From positions 3,808,001 through 3,872,000 of the forward strand of contig CBDCJO010000002.1 of assembly GCA_965217865.1 (NCBI GenBank): DNA of 64,000 nucleotides, given 5' to 3'. Shown one piece after another: positions 40,679 through 50,465 of this stretch; the first letter of the stretch is position 1, and every line of letters starts with the position of its first letter. Origin of the DNA: Candidatus Latescibacterota bacterium. GTDB taxonomy: Bacteria > Latescibacterota > UBA2968 > SICM01. The notes below the pieces were generated by a model, which saw only the letters and a list, made by a program, of their open reading frames with translations, made no database searches and was not told the origin of the DNA. The position numbers and the translations under genes were made by a program.

Positions 40679-40697
40679 CCCGATCCTTCCAGAAAAC

Positions 40698-40732
40698 AAA
40701 AAGCCGCACAAACCCTTGCGGGAGTGGCGGCT
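40698..40732 (-). terminator. terminator-like hairpin just upstream of ABC exporter start
   Basis: Minus strand AGCCGCCACTCCC-GCAA-GGGTTTGTGCGGCTTTTT. Confidence 0.55.
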
Positions 40733-40986
40733 ATATTAACAGATGTCACAAAGAGCGTCCGGAGACCGGCACGTCCGGACCGTCGTTCTGAACCGATTAA
40801 TCCCCCGCGATTGAATCGGGCGGAACTGTCCCTTTCCTCGAACAGACCGGCGAACAGAAGGGTCCGGTTTTTTGGAAAGTTCCCGATCTCGGGAGGTTCG
40901 TCGGATTCTTCGGATTCTAAAGGGTCTCGATTGGAGCTGTTCTCTTCGGTCGAACCGGATCGAGAGCACCCATCGGGTGCGGTCAT

Positions 40987-41231
40987 AAAAAAAGCCGCTT
41001 CCCCTGTACTGAGAGATGCGGCACCTATTGAATGTCGCCAGGGGGGAATTACCGGCTGGAAGGCCGCTGAACGCGGCGTTGGGCTTCCAGTTTTAAATCA
41101 AAAGAGATAATTCTCAAGTGTCTTTCGACTCTTGATTACCTCCCCCGGGCAACAGTGAAATGGATAAAACGGGTTGGAACACAGGTGTGAATGGATTCTC
41201 AAATCGGTAAGTTTGGATATAAAATCTCGTT
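40987..41231 (-). ncRNA. candidate structured RNA (sRNA, 6S-like or riboswitch-like leader)
   Basis: Promoter upstream, multi-stem fold (41033-41048 pairs with 41139-41154; GAAA-capped hairpin; CTGGAAG/CTTCCAG hairpin), ends in GCCGC..GCGGC-T7 terminator. Confidence 0.5.
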
Positions 41232-41237
41232 GATGAA

Positions 41238-41266
41238 ACAATAAGAAAGATCCCTTACGAAGTCAA
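41238..41266 (-). promoter_or_regulatory. sigma70-type promoter
   Basis: Minus strand TTGACT-17 bp-TATTGT. Confidence 0.55.
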
Positions 41267-41787
41267 GGGAAACAGCCGAAGAGATGGCTAAGAAATGCAT
41301 ATTTTCTTCTCGTTTATCAAGTCGCTCGAAAACGACTCTTGTAAATGGATTCCTATCAGGACAAAATATTCACTTCGAGGATTACTGAACGGCGAGACGC
41401 TGTCAGGATCCCAGCTTCCCGAGTACAAAAGCACAACTCTATTGGACCGTCCTCCTGGGGAAATACAACCTCCAGCAGACAGATTATTTCCACAGCGAAA
41501 GGAATCCAATGATCCGTCCAGGTGGATCGTATAGCTTAAGATTCTATAAATTAAGAATGTTATACATTAATTCGGCAATAGCTGGACTGTCACGGAATAC
41601 GTTTTGGGTGATGATGCAAGGTGGCCAGGACGAAATAATAATAGGAAGACAGCGAAAGGGCATTCACCCCATGACTTGTTCATCGGGGCCATCCATCCAG
41701 GAATGTCCAGTTTAACAAGAAGAAAACTCCGTATTTGACAGGTCAGAAATGGCTAAAAATCAAGGCCAAGGAGAGGGTCCGAATTTC

Positions 41788-41816
41788 TTGACTATTTATG
41801 ATTTAAGCATTATATT
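41788..41816 (+). promoter_or_regulatory. sigma70-type promoter for the PilZ-like/his transcript
   Basis: TTGACT-17 bp-TATATT. Confidence 0.6.
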
Positions 41817-41979
41817 GTAAACTCTGTTAATCTTTTTTAGAGCCCCTAATATTGGAAGTCCACTAAGAGATATTGTGGATAAGTGTCCAATATTAATTGG
41901 GAATACAACAAAAACGGAAGAACCGCCTTAGGTCCCTCTCACGCTGACCGGGAGCGTTGAACTTTTATGTTCAATATCT

Positions 41980-43398
41980 TTGGCAAAGGAAAAACCGACA
42001 AAAAAGTTCCGGTCGGAAAAGTTCTGGATACCCTTTCGGAGTATAACCCCAGGACGGCCAACTGCAGTCTGGTCAAGACTGCAGGGTATGGATGTCAACG
42101 AAAGCTTCGGAAGGGCATTCCTGTTCAAGTTCGGAGAGGATCTATACAAAGACGACCAGTCGATCTACATCACCACGCCCGACGATATCAAAGCTGAATC
42201 CGGCTATCAGATCGACCGGGGGCATATCCTCAATCTCTGGTTCCTCCATAACCGGGTCCCTCACACGTTGAACTGTCAGGTATTGGGTCGGATTCGTTTC
42301 CCTAAAGAAGTCCAGCTGAACCTGGACCCACGGCTGCCCGCTGCTTTCAAGCTGAAGCCCGTGGGTTTGGTGCAGAAGAGCGACAAGCGATCGCATCTCA
42401 GGTTCAGCCACAAGGTGGGCCGAGGGGGAATGAAGGTCTATTCCCAGGTTTTGTTCGACCTATACCTCACCAAGACCAACTTCAAATATCCCTCTCACGG
42501 GGCCCTTCCGCCAAAGATCTCCGACCTGAAGGTGACGCCCTTTGCCACCGAGGACGGCCTTCCGACCGATCCGACTGAAGTTGTCAAGTTTACGAAAAAC
42601 TCCCTCCGTGGAAATCCCCGAGAGGATAGGGTCGTCTATGTCAACAAGCCTCACATGGAGGAAAGATCGAACAAGGTTTCTCTGATACCTCTGGGAAGTT
42701 CGTCCGTCCTGGGTTTGGATGCCGTTCGAGAAGGGGAGCGAACCCTTTTCATAAAGAAGCCCGCGAAGATGAGCGCGGACAAGAAGAGTCCGAATAATAT
42801 CGGGGACGGTGATCAGATCATCCTAGGCTATCACGCCAAGAGTCTTACCGATGGCCAAATGGAGTATTTCGACCTTGTCGGTGAGGTGGCCCGGCTTGGC
42901 ACCGAAAACATGACCGTTCGACCCTTGGAAACCTTTCGGCAGGAGAGCGGATTGCCCGTTGAGCTGGTGGATTTCAGCGTCACCGGAATCAAGATCGAGA
43001 GCAGCAAGAGGCTCCTTCGCTACCTGCTGGGGGAATATCTTGAGCTTCCATTCGAGGACAGGATGGACATCCTCAAAGACAATGCGATTCTCCTCAACTT
43101 CTATACGAAACTCCGCTTCAACCGGGAAACGGAGATCTACCGACCGGACGTCGGGATGAAGATCCCGATCGTCTCCAAGATCGTTCGGACGGAAGAGAGA
43201 CCCTCAGAGGAGGGAGGGGAACCAGAGATCAGGTCCATCGGGATCAAGTTCATATACGATCCCGCGGAGTACTCGCGCGATGCGTTCGATTTCGACCGCT
43301 GGGAACTTATCCGGGACTTCAAGGAGAACAAGGATTTCAGGGAGGTTCATAATTCCCTGAACGGCTTGATCGCCTACATGGAGGCACAAAGCCGATAA
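41980..43398 (+). CDS. hypothetical protein with split PilZ-like c-di-GMP motifs
   Basis: DKRSHLRF (RxxxR), VELVDFSVTGIKI (DxSxxG), late IGIKF strand. Confidence 0.65.
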   Translation: MAKEKPTKKFRSEKFWIPFRSITPGRPTAVWSRLQGMDVNESFGRAFLFKFGEDLYKDDQSIYITTPDDIKAESGYQIDRGHILNLWFLHNRVPHTLNCQVLGRIRFPKEVQLNLDPRLPAAFKLKPVGLVQKSDKRSHLRFSHKVGRGGMKVYSQVLFDLYLTKTNFKYPSHGALPPKISDLKVTPFATEDGLPTDPTEVVKFTKNSLRGNPREDRVVYVNKPHMEERSNKVSLIPLGSSSVLGLDAVREGERTLFIKKPAKMSADKKSPNNIGDGDQIILGYHAKSLTDGQMEYFDLVGEVARLGTENMTVRPLETFRQESGLPVELVDFSVTGIKIESSKRLLRYLLGEYLELPFEDRMDILKDNAILLNFYTKLRFNRETEIYRPDVGMKIPIVSKIVRTEERPSEEGGEPEIRSIGIKFIYDPAEYSRDAFDFDRWELIRDFKENKDFREVHNSLNGLIAYMEAQSR

Positions 43399-43498
43399 GT
43401 CGGTATAGAGTCGCGAGCCCAGAGTCCAGAGTCCAGATCGGGTCTTTCGTTCCGTGACTCTGGACTTAAATATTGCCATACGCACAAGGAAAGGGACC

Positions 43499-44377
43499 AT
43501 GAAGCGACTCAAGATCGGCTTCCCATCCGGGAGCCTCCAGGAATCCACCCTCAAGCTGTTTGAGAAGGCGGGCTTCAGGATCACGGTAAATCCGAGGTCC
43601 TATGTCCCGGAGGTAGACGATCCTGAGGTCGAGGGCCTGTTTATCCGGGCACAGGAGATCGCCCATTATGTCGAGCGCCGGGTGCTGGACGTCGGACTCA
43701 CCGGAAAGGACTGGATTCTCGAGAACGGCGCAGATGTGGTTGAAATCGAGGAGATGCCCTACAGCAAGGTCTCCTCACATCCAGCTCGGTGGGTGATCGC
43801 AGTCCCCGAAGAGTCGGAAATCCGGAGGGTGGAAGACCTCGAGGGAAAGCGGATCGCCACGGAACTGGTCAAGGTCACCCGGCAATTTCTCGACGCCAAG
43901 GGGATCCAGGCGGAGGTGGAGTTCTCCTGGGGATCCACGGAGGCCAAGGTCCGCATCCCGGGGATCGTGGATGCTATCGTGGAATTGACGGAGACGGGCT
44001 CTTCCCTGCGTGCCAATAGATTGCGGGTCATCGAAACGGTTCTCGAATCGACGACCCGGTTTATCGCGAATCGGGAATCGTGGAAGGACCCCTGGAAAAA
44101 GGAGAAGACCGAGAACATCGTTCTTCTCCTCAAGGCGGCCCTTGAAGCAGAGCCCAAGGTGGGCTTGAAGATGAATGTCCCCCGCGATTGCTTGAATGCT
44201 GTCCTCTCGGAACTTCCCGCCCTGAATACCCCCACGGTCTCCAACCTCACAGACCAAGATTGGGTAGCCCTCGAGATCGTCACCGACGAGAAGGTGGTGC
44301 GGGACCTTATTCCGAAGCTCAAACGGGCGGGGGCGGAAGGGATTATCGAGTATCCCCTTAACAAGGTCGTGTATTAG
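43499..44377 (+). CDS. hisG: ATP phosphoribosyltransferase (long form)
   Basis: LKIGFPSGSL, RAQEIA.YV, DVGLTGKDW, IATE, SWGSTE, DAIVELTETGSSLRAN, C-terminal PALNTPTVS. Confidence 0.97.
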   Translation: MKRLKIGFPSGSLQESTLKLFEKAGFRITVNPRSYVPEVDDPEVEGLFIRAQEIAHYVERRVLDVGLTGKDWILENGADVVEIEEMPYSKVSSHPARWVIAVPEESEIRRVEDLEGKRIATELVKVTRQFLDAKGIQAEVEFSWGSTEAKVRIPGIVDAIVELTETGSSLRANRLRVIETVLESTTRFIANRESWKDPWKKEKTENIVLLLKAALEAEPKVGLKMNVPRDCLNAVLSELPALNTPTVSNLTDQDWVALEIVTDEKVVRDLIPKLKRAGAEGIIEYPLNKVVY

Positions 44378-44379
44378 CC

Positions 44380-45684
44380 GTGATCGAGATCATCTTCTAC
44401 GAACCCGAGGTCAAGAGCGATAAGCTGGATGCCATCCTCACCCGCAACAGCGATTTCGACCCGAAGATTGAGGCGACGGTCCTTGAGATCGTCTCCGAAG
44501 TCAGGCGTCGGGGCGATGAGGCCCTGCTCGAATTCACGGGGAAATTCGACGGTGTGTCTTTCCTCCCGGAGGAGCTTCGGGTTTCCGAGGCCGAAATAGA
44601 AGCCGCCTACGGGGCAGCCGATCCCGCTCTAATCGAGTCGCTTCAGGCGGCCGAAGCCAATATTCGACGATTCCACGGGGCTCAAAAGCGGACATCCTGG
44701 TTTTTAGAGGACGGGGATGGGGTGATACTTGGAAAGCGTGTTGTTCCCCTCCAGCGAGTCGGTCTCCTGGTGCCTGGAGGGAGTGCTCCCCTGATCTCGA
44801 CCCTCCTGATGGCCGCCATTCCCTCTCAGATCGCGGGCGTCCCTCAGATCTGTGTGGTCACGCCCCCCCGAACGGACGGTAGGGTTCACCCGGGTTTACT
44901 CGCAGCCGCCCGGATTCTGGGGGTCCTGGAGATCTACAAGGTATTCGGGGCGCAGGCCGTCGCCGCCCTTGCATACGGAACCGGAACGATTCCGAAGGTC
45001 GATAAGATCGTGGGTCCCGGGAACCTCTATGTGCAGATCGCAAAAAAACGGGTCTACGGGGATGTCGGCATCGACATGATCGCAGGACCCAGCGAAATTG
45101 TCGTCCTTGCGGATGGATCGGCCAATCCGCTGTGGGTGGCGGCGGATCTTTTATCTCAAGCCGAACACGGGAGCGGGTTCGAGGCCTCCATCTGCATCAC
45201 ACCTTCCGAGACCCTTGCGAATAGGGTGCAGGAGGAGGTCGTCCGTCAGATCGGCCGGCTTCCCCGGGTGGATACCATCACCCGTGCGATGGAGAATTTC
45301 GGGGCGATCGTAATCGTTCCGGACCTGGGATCCGGAATCGATCTGATCAACCGGATCGCGCCAGAGCACGTTGAACTCCAAGTCGCCCATCCCTGGGAGT
45401 GGATGGACCGGATCGAACACGCTGGCGCGGTTTTCCTGGGCTCGGCCTCTTCCGAACCTGTGGGGGACTATTTTGCCGGGACGAATCATATCCTTCCAAC
45501 AATGGGGGCGGCACGGTTCGCCTCGTCACTTGGGGTGGAGGATTTTCTGAAGACGATCAGCCTTGTTGCCTACACCCAGCAACGACTCGAAAAGACAAAG
45601 GACCAGATCCTACGCCTTGCTGAGGCGGAAGGCCTGGATGCCCACGCAGAGGCGATAAAAGCCCGGTTTCGTCCAGATGCATAG
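44380..45684 (+). CDS. hisD: histidinol dehydrogenase
   Basis: VPGG, GAQAVAALAYG, DKIVGPGN, IDMIAGPSE, DLLSQAEH, APEH, GDYFAGTNHILPT. Confidence 0.97.
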   Translation: MIEIIFYEPEVKSDKLDAILTRNSDFDPKIEATVLEIVSEVRRRGDEALLEFTGKFDGVSFLPEELRVSEAEIEAAYGAADPALIESLQAAEANIRRFHGAQKRTSWFLEDGDGVILGKRVVPLQRVGLLVPGGSAPLISTLLMAAIPSQIAGVPQICVVTPPRTDGRVHPGLLAAARILGVLEIYKVFGAQAVAALAYGTGTIPKVDKIVGPGNLYVQIAKKRVYGDVGIDMIAGPSEIVVLADGSANPLWVAADLLSQAEHGSGFEASICITPSETLANRVQEEVVRQIGRLPRVDTITRAMENFGAIVIVPDLGSGIDLINRIAPEHVELQVAHPWEWMDRIEHAGAVFLGSASSEPVGDYFAGTNHILPTMGAARFASSLGVEDFLKTISLVAYTQQRLEKTKDQILRLAEAEGLDAHAEAIKARFRPDA

Positions 45685-45711
45685 CGATTGCCAAGGCGTA
45701 GCTGAGGGGGG

Positions 45712-46788
45712 TTGGTGAAAGATCCCTTAAAGAAGATCAAACCCGAGGTCCGCGCCCTTTCGGCCTATCACCTGACGCCTTCCGAATGCACCATCCAGCT
45801 AAACCGGAATGAAAATCCATACGATCTTCCCGAGAAGATCAAAGATGAGGTCCTGGAATTCGCGAAGGAGCGGGCGTGGTCCCGCTATCCCAATTTTGTT
45901 CCGGAAGATCTGATCGCATCATTCGCGGAACACTACGGATGGAAAAAGGAAGGCATTCTCGCCGGGAACGGGTCGAACGAGCTTATTCTGACCGCGTTGA
46001 TGGTCACCCTTGGGCCCGGGTCCCGCGTTGTCATACCGGTCCCGACTTTCACGCTTTACGCGCTTGAAAGCAAGGTGCTGGAAGCGGAGGTGGTATCGGT
46101 TGGTTTGAAGCCGGACTATACGTTCGACATCGACGCGATCTGTCGAGCCGCACAGGAGCAGAGCCCCGATGTGATCGTGCTCTGTTCCCCAAACAATCCC
46201 ACAGGGTGCATCGTTGATCCGGATGACCTGGCGAGGATTTTGGAGGAGACGGACGCCCTGGTCCTGGTGGATGAGGCGTACCAAGAATTTTGCGACGGGC
46301 GGTCCTGCATCGGCCTGCTGGACAAATATCCGAACCTGATCGTTCTCCGTACTTTTGCAAAGGCGATGGCGATGGCCGGCCTTCGGGTCGGTTGCCTTCT
46401 TTCAAACACCGATCTCGTCCGGGAGATCGGCAAGGCCAAACTTCCCTACAACCTCAATTTCTTTTCACACGCGGCCGCCCTTGCCGCGATCAAGCACCGC
46501 AAAGTCCTGTTTGAGCGGATCGATCACCTGAAAGGACAAAGGGAATTCGTTTACCGAAACCTGGGGGAGATACCGGGGGTCGTTCCCTATCCCTCGCACG
46601 GCAATTTCATCATGTTCGAGGTAAAAGAGCCGGGGCTGGTATTCGAAGGCCTGTTGAAGCAAGGCATTCTGATCCGCGACGTGAGCCGATATCCGATGCT
46701 GGCGAACGCCCTCCGGGTGACCATCGGAACCGATGAGGAAAACCTTAAATTCCTTGAGGCGCTGGAATGCGTGGTTCGTGAATCGTAA
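45712..46788 (+). CDS. hisC: histidinol-phosphate aminotransferase
   Basis: LNRNENP, GNGSNE, CSPNNPTG, VDEAY, RTFAKAMAMAGLRVG, LRVTIG. Confidence 0.96.
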   Translation: MVKDPLKKIKPEVRALSAYHLTPSECTIQLNRNENPYDLPEKIKDEVLEFAKERAWSRYPNFVPEDLIASFAEHYGWKKEGILAGNGSNELILTALMVTLGPGSRVVIPVPTFTLYALESKVLEAEVVSVGLKPDYTFDIDAICRAAQEQSPDVIVLCSPNNPTGCIVDPDDLARILEETDALVLVDEAYQEFCDGRSCIGLLDKYPNLIVLRTFAKAMAMAGLRVGCLLSNTDLVREIGKAKLPYNLNFFSHAAALAAIKHRKVLFERIDHLKGQREFVYRNLGEIPGVVPYPSHGNFIMFEVKEPGLVFEGLLKQGILIRDVSRYPMLANALRVTIGTDEENLKFLEALECVVRES

Positions 46789-46877
46789 ATCAAGCCGCGA
46801 GCCACGGGTCGAAAATCAAAGGTTTTAAATTCCGAACGACGAACAACGAAATTCACTTCAACGGACTTTCACGATTT

Positions 46878-47468
46878 ATGAAAAAACGTTCTGCGACCAT
46901 TCAACGCAAGACCACCGAGACCGACATATCCCTGTCGTTGACCCTCGAAGGGAGCGGGACCCAACAGGTTGATACGGGAATCGGGTTTTTCGACCACATG
47001 CTCTCGGCGTTTGCAAAGCACGGCCTGTTCGATCTGGAAGTGACTTGCCGGGGGGATCTTCAGGTGGATGCCCATCATACCGTCGAGGACGTGGGGATCT
47101 GTCTGGGGAAGGCCCTGTCCGAGTCGCTCGGTGACCGGGCAGGTGTCACGAGATTCGGGACCAGCTATATCCCGATGGATGAGGCCCTTGGCCGGGCGGC
47201 CGTCGATCTGTCCGGGAGGGTTTATTTTGTGTACAGCGCTTTTTTCGTAGAAGATCGGATCGGGGATTTTCCGACGGGACTGGCAGAGGAATTTTTCCGA
47301 TCCGTCGCCAGTCACGCTCTGGCCACCGTACATCTGGACTTGATCCGATGTACGAACGCACACCACGGCATAGAAGCCCTGTTCAAGGCCTTCGGCCGGT
47401 CTCTGGGCCAGGCATGTCGGATTGATTCGCTCATCCAGGGTCCTCTTTCAACCAAGGGGGTTCTGTGA
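46878..47468 (+). CDS. hisB: imidazoleglycerol-phosphate dehydratase
   Basis: RKTTETDI, FFDHML, DAHHTVED, PMDEAL, NAHHGIEALFKA, STKGVL. Confidence 0.98.
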   Translation: MKKRSATIQRKTTETDISLSLTLEGSGTQQVDTGIGFFDHMLSAFAKHGLFDLEVTCRGDLQVDAHHTVEDVGICLGKALSESLGDRAGVTRFGTSYIPMDEALGRAAVDLSGRVYFVYSAFFVEDRIGDFPTGLAEEFFRSVASHALATVHLDLIRCTNAHHGIEALFKAFGRSLGQACRIDSLIQGPLSTKGVL

Positions 47469-47485
47469 CGATATGAAAGACCGGG

Positions 47486-48748
47486 ATGCGTTCAGGGGTA
47501 AGCAATCAAACCACTGATTCCACGGGCCTGGTAAAATACGGGACGCTTTTGTTCGCGGCCTCAATGGTGACCAACCTCTCGAACTACGCGTTCCGTATTT
47601 TTATGTCCCACAAGCTGAGCGACGTGGATTACAGCGCTCTGGATGCGTTGCTCTCCATCTTTATGATCATCTCCGTCCCGGCGATGTCGATCCAGATGGC
47701 CACGGCTGAATATGCCTCCAGCCTCGGCGGGGAAGGTCGACACGCGGAGATCGCAGACCTGTTTGTCCGGTCCCTCAGACGGGTCGGCGCCGCCTGCGTC
47801 GGAGGTTTTCTCGTATTTCTGTTGGTTTCAGACTTCGTCGCAGACTACCTGCACATCGTCCGCAAAACCCCTGTGGTTCTCCTGGGGGTGGCCCTTTTTT
47901 CAGCTCTGATGCTCCCGGCGGCAAACGGGATTCTACAGGGGCTACAGCGCTTCGGTCCTCTTGGGCTAATCGGCATCGCCGGGGGCGCGGCAAGGCTCTC
48001 GGCAGGCATCATATTCATCTTTCTCGGCCTGGGCATTAACGGGGCGGTGGGGGCATCCGTGATCTCCTCGATCGCTACGCTCCTGGTCGCGTATTTTCTG
48101 CTCAAGTCCATCCTGGTAAAGGCCGGTGAGCGGCGGGCGGATTCCTCCGGGGTGTATCGTTATTTCGTGCCCATCTTTCTGTTTCTGAGTTGTCAGTCCC
48201 TCCTTTCTTTCGTGGACAGTATCGTCGCCAAGCACTATCTCGATCCCGCACAGGCAGGCGTCTATTTCCGGGCTGCTATCGTGGGCAAGGCTTTCCTCTA
48301 TCTGCCGACGGCGATGGCGATGGTCCTCTTCCCCAAGGCCGCCACGCTGTATAGCCTGAAGGAGAGCTCGTTCAAGCTTCTGGGACAGGCGATGGGCTGC
48401 AGTGTGGCCTTTGCCCTGTCCGGAGCCGTGGTCTGCTATTTTTTCGCCGATCCATTGGCCTACGCCGTGGGTGGGACATCTGAATCGGGTGTGCTGATTC
48501 GATACTTTGGACTGTGTGTGACCCCCATCGCTTTACTTCAGCTCCTGATCAGCCACGACCTGGCCGTCCGAAGGGTCCAAACGCTCTATCCGCTGGGCGT
48601 CGGGACGGTTGTCTTCGTCTTGGTCCTGTTCAACTTAAACGAAACCCCAGGCCAGATTCTTACGGCAATGAGTGTGGCGGGCTCCGGTCTTTGTGCCCTT
48701 TGCCTCGGTTGGTCCTGGTTCGTGGAGAGGCGGGCAACGCATGCCTGA
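47486..48748 (+). CDS. oligosaccharide flippase (Wzx/MOP family)
   Basis: About 12 TM segments, GILQGLQRF, VDSIVAKHYL..AGVY, VLFPK. Confidence 0.85.
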   Translation: MRSGVSNQTTDSTGLVKYGTLLFAASMVTNLSNYAFRIFMSHKLSDVDYSALDALLSIFMIISVPAMSIQMATAEYASSLGGEGRHAEIADLFVRSLRRVGAACVGGFLVFLLVSDFVADYLHIVRKTPVVLLGVALFSALMLPAANGILQGLQRFGPLGLIGIAGGAARLSAGIIFIFLGLGINGAVGASVISSIATLLVAYFLLKSILVKAGERRADSSGVYRYFVPIFLFLSCQSLLSFVDSIVAKHYLDPAQAGVYFRAAIVGKAFLYLPTAMAMVLFPKAATLYSLKESSFKLLGQAMGCSVAFALSGAVVCYFFADPLAYAVGGTSESGVLIRYFGLCVTPIALLQLLISHDLAVRRVQTLYPLGVGTVVFVLVLFNLNETPGQILTAMSVAGSGLCALCLGWSWFVERRATHA

Positions 48749-50465
48749 GGTGAAACTCTCGGTCCTGATGCCGGCCTTTGAAGAGGGCCGACACATCTAC
48801 CGGAATCTGGCCGAAACCCGCCGGGTACTGCAGCAACTCGGTCAACCTTTCGAGATCATTGTGATAGACGACTGCAGTTCGGACAATACCGCGGCAGAAG
48901 TGGAGCGTGCCGCGGTTGATTTCAAGGAAGTGCGGATGCGGCGCAACGAGGAGAACCGGGGGAAAGGGTGGTCCCTCAAGTCCGGATTCAAGACCGTAAC
49001 GGGCGACCTGGTGGCCTTCGTCGACGCCGATCTGGATATTCATCCCGATCAGCTGAAATTTTATCTCCGCAGGATGGAGGAAAAAAACGCGGATGTCGTC
49101 ATCGGTTCAAAGCGGCATCCGGAGTCCGTGTTGGATTACCCTTTTCGACGCAAAGTGATCAGCACGATATACTTCGGTCTCGTAAAGGCCCTTTTCGGAT
49201 TGCCGGTCCAGGATACCCAAACGGGCTTAAAGCTCTTTCGCCGGGAGGTGTTGGAGCGGACCTTCCATCGCATGCTTGTCAAACGGTGGGCTTATGATCT
49301 GGAACTACTCGTCATCGCGCATCGCCTCGGCTACAAGATCGTGGACGCCCCGGTGAAGATTGATTTCAAGCGCCGTTTCGGCAGAATGAAGATCGAGGAT
49401 CTTTACTACACCGGGATCGATACGCTCGGGGTCTTCTACCGGCTTCACCTCCTCAGATTCTATGATCAGGACTTCGAGCGCACAAAGGCCAGGCCGAAGG
49501 TGTCCGTGCTCGTCCCCTCCAAAGAGCAGGAACCCAATTCGACCGAGCTCCTTGAGGGCTGCCTGAGATTCGATTACCCGGACTATGAGATCATCGCGCT
49601 GTCCGACGGGCCTTCCACCCGGTTCCCCCCCGGCATAAAGGTTTTGGAAACCGGGAAGGTCAGCACGGCGGTCAAAAAGAACATCGGAGCGCGCAACGCC
49701 GGGGGTAGGCTTCTCGCCTTTGTGGAGCCCGGGAACCTTGCCTCCCCTGACTGGCTAACCGACGTGGCGAGCAACTTCGTGTCCCCCGATGTGGCTGCGG
49801 TGGTCGGCCCTGAGCTGATAGGCGACCGCACAGGCCGGCTGGAGCGGATTCTGGGAGACCTCCGCACTTCATTCCTCGTGAGCGGGCCGGCGAAGCACCT
49901 CTATAGCCCGGGCCGGCATCGGGACATCCGGTTTTATTCAGGGAATGCCTTGGTGGTAAGGTCGGATTCCTGGAGCGAGGTGGGTGGATTCCCTGAGGGG
50001 CTTCCGGAAGGATGGGAAAACGCGGCCTTCACCGCCCGGCTAGCTGAATGCACGGGGAGACGGATCCTGTATGATCCCGATGCTGCCACCTGCGTCTTCC
50101 GGGGGGGCCGGTTCAAGGATCTGCTGGGGCGCGCCGGAGATCAGACTCTCACAAGGGCGTGGGTCTCAACGAGGCTCCCTGCCTGGCCGGATGCGATCTT
50201 TGCGGGCTGCCTGATGCTTTCTTGGCTTGCCCTTCTGGGCGGATGGGTGCCTGCGCTGTGGTCCTCCACGGCCATCAGGGCGTATGCTTGGCTTTGGGCG
50301 GTCTACGGGTGTCTTCTCATCTGCTCGGCCGCGCTACGCCTCAGTCTTCGAAATCTGCCGGTTCTGGTTCTGGGCACGGTCCTGGTTCACTTTGCCCAGG
50401 GCCTGGCGCTGTGGCGCGGGTTTTTTCGCGGGTATGGGAGGAGGGGAAGAGCTGTGAGGGACTGA
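48741..50465 (+). CDS. GT2 glycosyltransferase (DPM-synthase-like domain + second degenerate GT-A domain + C-terminal TMs)
   Basis: SVLMPAFEE, IDDCSSD, NRGKG, FVDAD, DTQTGLK, YDLELL; ATG at 48741 overlaps the flippase stop. Confidence 0.9.
   Translation: MPEVKLSVLMPAFEEGRHIYRNLAETRRVLQQLGQPFEIIVIDDCSSDNTAAEVERAAVDFKEVRMRRNEENRGKGWSLKSGFKTVTGDLVAFVDADLDIHPDQLKFYLRRMEEKNADVVIGSKRHPESVLDYPFRRKVISTIYFGLVKALFGLPVQDTQTGLKLFRREVLERTFHRMLVKRWAYDLELLVIAHRLGYKIVDAPVKIDFKRRFGRMKIEDLYYTGIDTLGVFYRLHLLRFYDQDFERTKARPKVSVLVPSKEQEPNSTELLEGCLRFDYPDYEIIALSDGPSTRFPPGIKVLETGKVSTAVKKNIGARNAGGRLLAFVEPGNLASPDWLTDVASNFVSPDVAAVVGPELIGDRTGRLERILGDLRTSFLVSGPAKHLYSPGRHRDIRFYSGNALVVRSDSWSEVGGFPEGLPEGWENAAFTARLAECTGRRILYDPDAATCVFRGGRFKDLLGRAGDQTLTRAWVSTRLPAWPDAIFAGCLMLSWLALLGGWVPALWSSTAIRAYAWLWAVYGCLLICSAALRLSLRNLPVLVLGTVLVHFAQGLALWRGFFRGYGRRGRAVRD

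Noticed and set aside
40675-40986. Small ORFs (103 aa and 77 aa) as leader peptide or RiPP precursor for the ABC exporters
   Set aside because: No RBS, no double-glycine leader, no C39 peptidase domain in the exporters and no modification enzymes nearby.
41100-41980. Replication origin
   Set aside because: Only one perfect DnaA box, and no dnaA, dnaN or gidA context.
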